A DNA stretch of 64,000 bases from a candidate division LCP-89 bacterium. Lineage in GTDB: Bacteria > Electryoneota > B3-LCP. The stretch lies in NCBI GenBank assembly GCA_025774555.1, contig JALGVT010000004.1, forward strand, positions 12,013 through 76,012, written 5' to 3'. Under the pieces are notes generated by a model, which was given only the letters and a program-made list of their open reading frames with translations, did no database searches and had not been told where the DNA came from. Below are positions 59,601 to 64,000 of this stretch, in pieces. How positions within the stretch are numbered: position 1 is the first letter of the stretch; the number at the start of each line of letters is the position of its first letter. The position numbers and the translations under genes were made by a program.

Positions 59601-60767
59601 TTGACCGTTACCACTCCGGGACACATCTGTATGGGTGTGACAAATGAGATCGACTACACTTCATCTTCCATCCCTGATCCCGATGGTCCCCCGGCGATGG
59701 TTAGCGCCATCTGGGGTGATTTGGACCCGGCAGGGGCAACTGTCGGAGGGGATGCCGGCGGTGTCTGGTATCAATACAGTCAAACCAGTCATTATTTTGT
59801 GATAGAGTACAATTACGTGCCCTGGTATGCTCTTGCCTACGATGGTCATGCAACCTATGAAATTATCCTGTATGATCCTGAATTCTATCCAACTTCAACC
59901 GGTGATGGTCAGATAAAATTCCAGTTCAAGGAGTTCGAGAGTTGGGGGCCGACTGGAATTGAAAATCACGATGAGGACGACGGAATCCTCTATCGCAATG
60001 GAAACATTTACCCCGGCACCGCGGCGACGCTGGAAGATCGGACCGCCATCCTCTTTTCCACGCCGGTCACCATCCCGGACGTGACGATCACGATGACGCC
60101 TACTGTTACGCCGATTACGATTCCCGGTTCTGGCGGTGACTTCGATTTCAATGTAGCGTTGGCGAATAATGAATCCACCTCGCTCGCTTTCAGCACCTGG
60201 ATCATGGTACAGCTGCCGAATTTGAACTGGTACGGCCCCTTATTAGGCCCGGTAGACCTTTCGCTGCCAGCCGGGTATACCCTGGACCGTGACCGAACTC
60301 AGACTGTTCCCGGCAGCGCGCCTGAAGGCACTTATACCTATGAAGGTCGAGTTGGTACCTATCCCAACTTCATCTGGGATAGCGACAGCTTCACCTTCGA
60401 AAAGCTCGCATCGGGAGATGATACCGAGATTGGGGATTGGTTCAACAGCGGCGAATCTTTCGACCAGTGGCTGATATCCAACACGGACGAAGTAGCTATC
60501 CCACTAACATCTTCATTAGATCAGAACTACCCCAATCCTTTCAATCCCACGACAGTGCTCAGTTATCAGTTGTCAGTGGTTAGTAATGTTAACCTAACGG
60601 TTTACGACATACAGGGCAGGCTTGTCGCCGAACTAGTCAACGGCTGGCGGGACGCAGGTTACCATGAGGTGACGTTCGATGCCTCACACCTTGCTTCCGG
60701 CGTGTATATCTATCGGATACAGGCAGGCGACTTCAACGCCATCAGCAAAATGGTGCTGATGAAATAG
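56697..60767 (+). CDS. gingipain-like peptidase C25 family protein with T9SS C-terminal domain (1356 aa)
   Basis: It has a signal peptide and a C25 propeptide/catalytic region. The candidate His is in ISYTGHGGPEGWG and the candidate Cys is in VNSVACNTGQF. Several Ig/CARDB-like modules and the pre-CTD module follow, then YPNPFNPTTVLSYQL...SGVYIYRI...KMVLMK. Confidence 0.8.
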   Translation: MKKLLCILFLNLILATVSHSVEWVSLTDNPEPLNVEVLETDGNRTVIDYQVNGYRTDEIFIEGQSYTVLQSLPRESMIEEPGFPRLPRINRSLRIPDDGIMGFEIISADYIEVTDIDIAPSKGHLLRSIDPATIPYTFADVYQQDAFYPGDIVNVQRPYILRDYRGVVVELNAFQYNPVSRVLRIYTDITIEVKKTASGGGNTLVRNRSLTRIDPQFRKIYQRRFLNQSALDYPFLEESGDMLIICYDDFMGEMSDFVDWKVQRGIPTELVPASEAGSTPGQIKSYILDYYNTHDLCYVLFVGDAAQIPTFSRDLNSDPIYSQLAGSDSYPDIFVGRFSAENVDQVATQVQRTIDYERYPDPSGSWYEEGLGIASTEGPFPEHYGEYDYTHITNIAYKLLDHTYTQVDSAYDPWCTMEMAVDFINEGRSIISYTGHGGPEGWGTSGISTAEVDGFVNSNMLPHVNSVACNTGQFMEYTCLGEAFLRATHETTGEPTGGIGFYGSVEGMTGAPPLDMQDEAIDVLVADSMLTLGGIYFSGSMLMMDNYPYPDVGPWEFSNLTIFGDPSVSLRGGVPYSPLVSHNPEVPVGTNALNVTVVSPYGAVNGAMVCGMNQDVYATAVTNASGQATLTFDPPVTGTGTLTLTVSGGDMIPYVVDLDIIDPSAAYVIYEDHTVQDDLTGNGNGQLEFYETVELGITFQNDGASAGNNISGTITSDNPLVTISRDSVWIGTIAAGSSTTVDRAFEISLNPEIEDLEPVTFLLITTNGIDSWESNFSVIVHAPDIVFSELLIDDSSGGNGDSLLAPGETADLIIKLGNAGSYIGENIEAVLTCENTQVVINSGTINCGDMLAGTETRITFNITVEPDFYPPGSFPEFTITITGDHGYTNETGFSTTIGNANSMPTGPDNYGYMAYDQNDYPFFVQYDWIELVPDSGGVGNRVPFTNIDQVHHLALPFDFQYYGITYDSLTVTTPGHICMGVTNEIDYTSSSIPDPDGPPAMVSAIWGDLDPAGATVGGDAGGVWYQYSQTSHYFVIEYNYVPWYALAYDGHATYEIILYDPEFYPTSTGDGQIKFQFKEFESWGPTGIENHDEDDGILYRNGNIYPGTAATLEDRTAILFSTPVTIPDVTITMTPTVTPITIPGSGGDFDFNVALANNESTSLAFSTWIMVQLPNLNWYGPLLGPVDLSLPAGYTLDRDRTQTVPGSAPEGTYTYEGRVGTYPNFIWDSDSFTFEKLASGDDTEIGDWFNSGESFDQWLISNTDEVAIPLTSSLDQNYPNPFNPTTVLSYQLSVVSNVNLTVYDIQGRLVAELVNGWRDAGYHEVTFDASHLASGVYIYRIQAGDFNAISKMVLMK

Positions 60768-60831
60768 TCTCTTATAACAAATGTAGGCGAGGGGTGTTCC
60801 GAAGGAACTCCTATGGAGCTTCCCCCCGTAT

Positions 60832-60867
60832 GGGCGATCCCGATGAATCGGGATCGCCCTGTTTTTT
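60832..60867 (+). terminator. intrinsic terminator
   Basis: The GGGCGATCCCGA/TCGGGATCGCCC stem is followed by TGTTTTTT. Confidence 0.6.
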
Positions 60868-61379
60868 ACCCCCCTTTCTTTTTTCAAGGGGGGAATAAGG
60901 GGGGATCTGTTTTGGGGTGATCCTCGTGATAGCCCTTCGTTTTATCAGGTTTCACCCAATGGCTGGGACACTCAAGTTTTTGTAAATGATGCCGATAGAA
61001 ATAGTAGGACAACCTTATGCAGAAAATGGAAGAGAACAACTCACAAGGAATCCCGCCCGTTGTAGAACGCGGTGAACGCTGGAGATCAAGGCAGCAACAA
61101 CAGGGGCAGCAGAACGCTTCATCCTCAACAGATGATAAACGTAAGGAAGAGTGCCTGGATGCAACTTCCCACAGACCTGCTCCGCTCCCCTTCGGGAAGA
61201 TCGACGTTGTTGCATGAGAGCATTTCGATAACCGCCGCACGCTCTACCAGCGCAATATTTTGCGCTCCTAATATTTCAGGAACCCGCCAGTATGTCCTCA
61301 GGTAAAATAACTTAGTTCAGTAGAGTTTTTCACCCACCTCGTCAGTTCTGATTTTATAGGTTAGTTGATAAAAATTCAC

Positions 61380-61408
61380 TTGATTTCTGTTTTTCAATTG
61401 CTTATATT
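61380..61408 (+). promoter_or_regulatory. sigma70-type promoter (TTGATT-17-TATATT)
   Basis: It lies 49 nt upstream of the 61457 ATG. Confidence 0.45.
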
Positions 61409-61456
61409 ATTAAGATATAATAAAATCAAAATGCCACGCGCAGAAGGATATTCCCA

Positions 61457-62470
61457 ATGACATTCTTCCGTTCCATTGCACTTATAGCTCTGCTGGGATT
61501 AATTATTACAACTGCATTTTCGCAGGATGATCTTGAATCACAGCTTAATGCTCTTCTCGAACAACGGACAGCTATCAAAGCCGAAATGGAAGCTGCCAAT
61601 CAGTCAGGAGACCGTGATAAGTATGATCAGCTCCTCGTAGAGTGGGAGAACATCGCCGCTCAAATTAAAACTATTGAGTCGCAGCTCAAGCAGGATACCG
61701 AGAAACGCACCAACGCCGTGAAGTACTACAACGACGGCAATTCTCTGACCAAGCAGGGCAAATACTCCGACGCTATTGCAAGTTATAATAAATCCCTCGA
61801 ATTCGATTCACGTAATCCGAAGGTGTACTACAACATGGGCGTCGCTCAATACAAAATCAAAAAATATCCTGACGCTTTGTCCTCCTTTAACGAGGCGGTG
61901 AAATATCGCTCCGCGTATTCTGAAGCATATTATATGAAGGGGAATTGTCTGGGTAAGATGAACCGGAACGACGAAGCGCTGAAAGCTTATCAGGACGCCA
62001 TCAATTACGATCCTTCGTACGCCAGAGCCTATTTCGGTATGGGATCCATTTATATGAAGAAGAATAAATATCGGGATGCGGTTGCGGCATTCAGGCAGGC
62101 GACGGAGCTTGATGCCAAACATTATCTCGCTTATACTTCGATGAGCCAAGCATTGATCAATCTGGGCAGCTTTAACGGCGCAATTGAAGCAGCAGATAAA
62201 TCCATCGCCATCAAAGCCAATAAATGGAAAGCCCATTACTTGAAAGCTCAAGCGGCGAATAAAGCCGGGAAATACCAGACTGCTATACAGGCTGGTTTGG
62301 ATTGTTTGAAATACAAGGCAAACTACGCAGGCGCCTATTTCGAGATCGGTTTTGCCTATAAATCACTCGGAAACAAAGCTAAGGCTATCGAGTATTTTGA
62401 AAAATGCCTCGACGATCGGCAATGGCGTCCTCATGCTGAACACCACATCAAGTACATTGACGAAGAATAA
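61457..62470 (+). CDS. secreted tetratricopeptide-repeat protein
   Basis: It has a signal peptide, a coiled-coil start and about 7 TPR units (...A...Y..AL..DP....AY...G..Y...). Confidence 0.8.
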   Translation: MTFFRSIALIALLGLIITTAFSQDDLESQLNALLEQRTAIKAEMEAANQSGDRDKYDQLLVEWENIAAQIKTIESQLKQDTEKRTNAVKYYNDGNSLTKQGKYSDAIASYNKSLEFDSRNPKVYYNMGVAQYKIKKYPDALSSFNEAVKYRSAYSEAYYMKGNCLGKMNRNDEALKAYQDAINYDPSYARAYFGMGSIYMKKNKYRDAVAAFRQATELDAKHYLAYTSMSQALINLGSFNGAIEAADKSIAIKANKWKAHYLKAQAANKAGKYQTAIQAGLDCLKYKANYAGAYFEIGFAYKSLGNKAKAIEYFEKCLDDRQWRPHAEHHIKYIDEE

Positions 62471-62487
62471 TCATCACTGATATGGTC

Positions 62488-62517
62488 AAAGCCTGTTCCA
62501 GATGGGGCAGGCTTTTT
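62488..62517 (+). terminator. intrinsic terminator
   Basis: AAAGCCTG-TTCCAGATGGGG-CAGGCTTT followed by TT. Confidence 0.55.
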
Positions 62518-62594
62518 CCGCTCATGCTATGTGCCCACCTTCTGAAGAGATTCATAGACAAATGCCAGGTACACCGCCGGAATATTCTACTACA

Positions 62595-63206
62595 ATGTTG
62601 AATCAGCAAAGAAAACATGCCGTTCTCGTTTCAGCATCTTTAGTCAACCATGATGAAACGCGTCTTATCAGTGACTATAAAATCGCGCTCGAAGAAGCAT
62701 TCTCCTACCCTGAACTGGTCGAGCTTATCCTGCAGAGTCTCCTCTTCGACGGTTATCCCTGCACTCTCGAAGGATTGATTACTTTAAAAAGCATTTCACC
62801 GCATGAACTGCCCGCCGACCAAATCGTTGAAGAATATACCACTGAGAATGTCCAGGATTGGATTCAGCGCGGTGACGAACTTTGCAGGAAAATCTATGGA
62901 AAGAATTTTGAACCACTGCTTGATAATGTGGAATCCCTGTCACCCACGTTGAAGGAGTGGATGCTTTATGAGGGATATGGTAGAGTCCTGGCACGTTCAG
63001 CTTTACCCATCGACGTCAGAGAGATGGGAATCATCGCCATCCTTGTTATGAAGAATCTCCCCCGTCAACTTCATTCTCATATGCGCGGCGCTCTTCGCGT
63101 CGGAGTGAGCCTTCCTGAACTCGATCACGCCATCAATCTCTGTACTAAATACACTTCTTCAATCAACATCAAATCCGCACAAAACGTGCTCAAGAAAATC
63201 TCCTGA
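62595..63206 (+). CDS. carboxymuconolactone decarboxylase (CMD/AhpD-like) family protein
   Basis: The helical CMD-like C-terminus reads ...REMGIIAILVMKNLPRQLHSHMRGALRVGVSLPELDHAI. The ORF-track start at 62502 lies inside the upstream terminator, so the ATG at 62595 (or 62562) is preferred. Confidence 0.6.
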   Translation: MLNQQRKHAVLVSASLVNHDETRLISDYKIALEEAFSYPELVELILQSLLFDGYPCTLEGLITLKSISPHELPADQIVEEYTTENVQDWIQRGDELCRKIYGKNFEPLLDNVESLSPTLKEWMLYEGYGRVLARSALPIDVREMGIIAILVMKNLPRQLHSHMRGALRVGVSLPELDHAINLCTKYTSSINIKSAQNVLKKIS

Positions 63207-63411
63207 TACTGCCATTACAGGACATATTGTCAGTATGTGGCAGTATATGTTCGGCGCTATCATCTCTCACGATTTATATAGTATCAACGTAATAATAATG
63301 TTATCAATATGATAGCGATTTACCTTCATGATGCGAAGGTGATCTGCCTATCGGCACGGCGTTTGCTTCATAATAAAAAAAACTGAATAATTTAAAATAC
63401 ATGGAGGTTAG

Positions 63412-64000
<589 letters not shown>

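Noticed and set aside
61017-61217. A 66-aa ORF (MQKMEENNSQG...) as a real gene.
   Set aside because: It has no Shine-Dalgarno, has a Gln/Arg/Ser-rich composition, and is overlapped by equally long antisense ORFs. It is treated as non-coding in the long-spacer finding.
62502-62594. The ORF-track start of the CMD-like gene at 62502.
   Set aside because: That start lies within the terminator hairpin of the TPR gene. The encoded N-terminal residues are not CMD-like.

Overview
This is a 64-kb chromosomal window from an uncultured-type bacterium. It looks like an FCB-group organism because at least seven secreted proteins end in a T9SS-type C-terminal sorting domain (NPFNP.T.I.F.LP...V.L.IYD..GR.V..L.....AG.H...F.....ASGVY.YR......KM.L.K).

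Positions 1-34000 are housekeeping:
- the end of the ribosomal spc/alpha cluster (map, infA, rpmJ, rpsM, rpsK, rpsD, rpoA, rplQ);
- an HD-GYP protein, lepA-lepB and cstA;
- tkt, an aminotransferase, gcvT, comB, ftsK and a LolA-like protein;
- an EPS module (UPF0104 membrane protein, CpsB-type phosphatase, Wzc-type tyrosine autokinase);
- ispE-spoVG-tRNA-Gln-prs-ctc-pth, hppA and rpsF-ssb-rpsR-rplI.

Positions 34000-39600 are a T9SS cargo island with a clan-CD peptidase-like protein and two tandem beta-propeller paralogs.

Positions 40220-46431 are a complete rrn operon: 16S, tRNA-Ile, tRNA-Ala, an extra degenerate tRNA-like element, 23S and 5S. The 23S gene is interrupted at helix 69 (E. coli U1917) by a 781-nt group I intron that encodes a single-motif LAGLIDADG homing endonuclease.

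Downstream (47-54 kb) is an accessory region. It holds an overlapping GT2 / radical-SAM (SPASM-like) / P-loop NTPase operon, a 45-codon Lys/Gly/Ser-rich ORF, a flavodiiron protein, small hypothetical proteins, a CGGC-domain protein and a TrmB-like regulator. Four direct copies of a ~119-nt structured palindromic repeat that I cannot assign to a known family split this region into cassette-like units. This is my top candidate for something undescribed.

Positions 54-61 kb carry more T9SS cargo: a beta-helix protein with an in-frame TGA and a 1356-aa gingipain-like C25 peptidase. The window ends with a TPR protein, a CMD/AhpD-like protein and the 5' part of dnaK.

The genome carries many GTAG...CTAC REP-like hairpins and MITE-like palindromes. 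One pair is inserted in frame inside a T9SS C-terminal domain.

Every call comes from reading the sequence and the supplied ORF translations. No database search was run.
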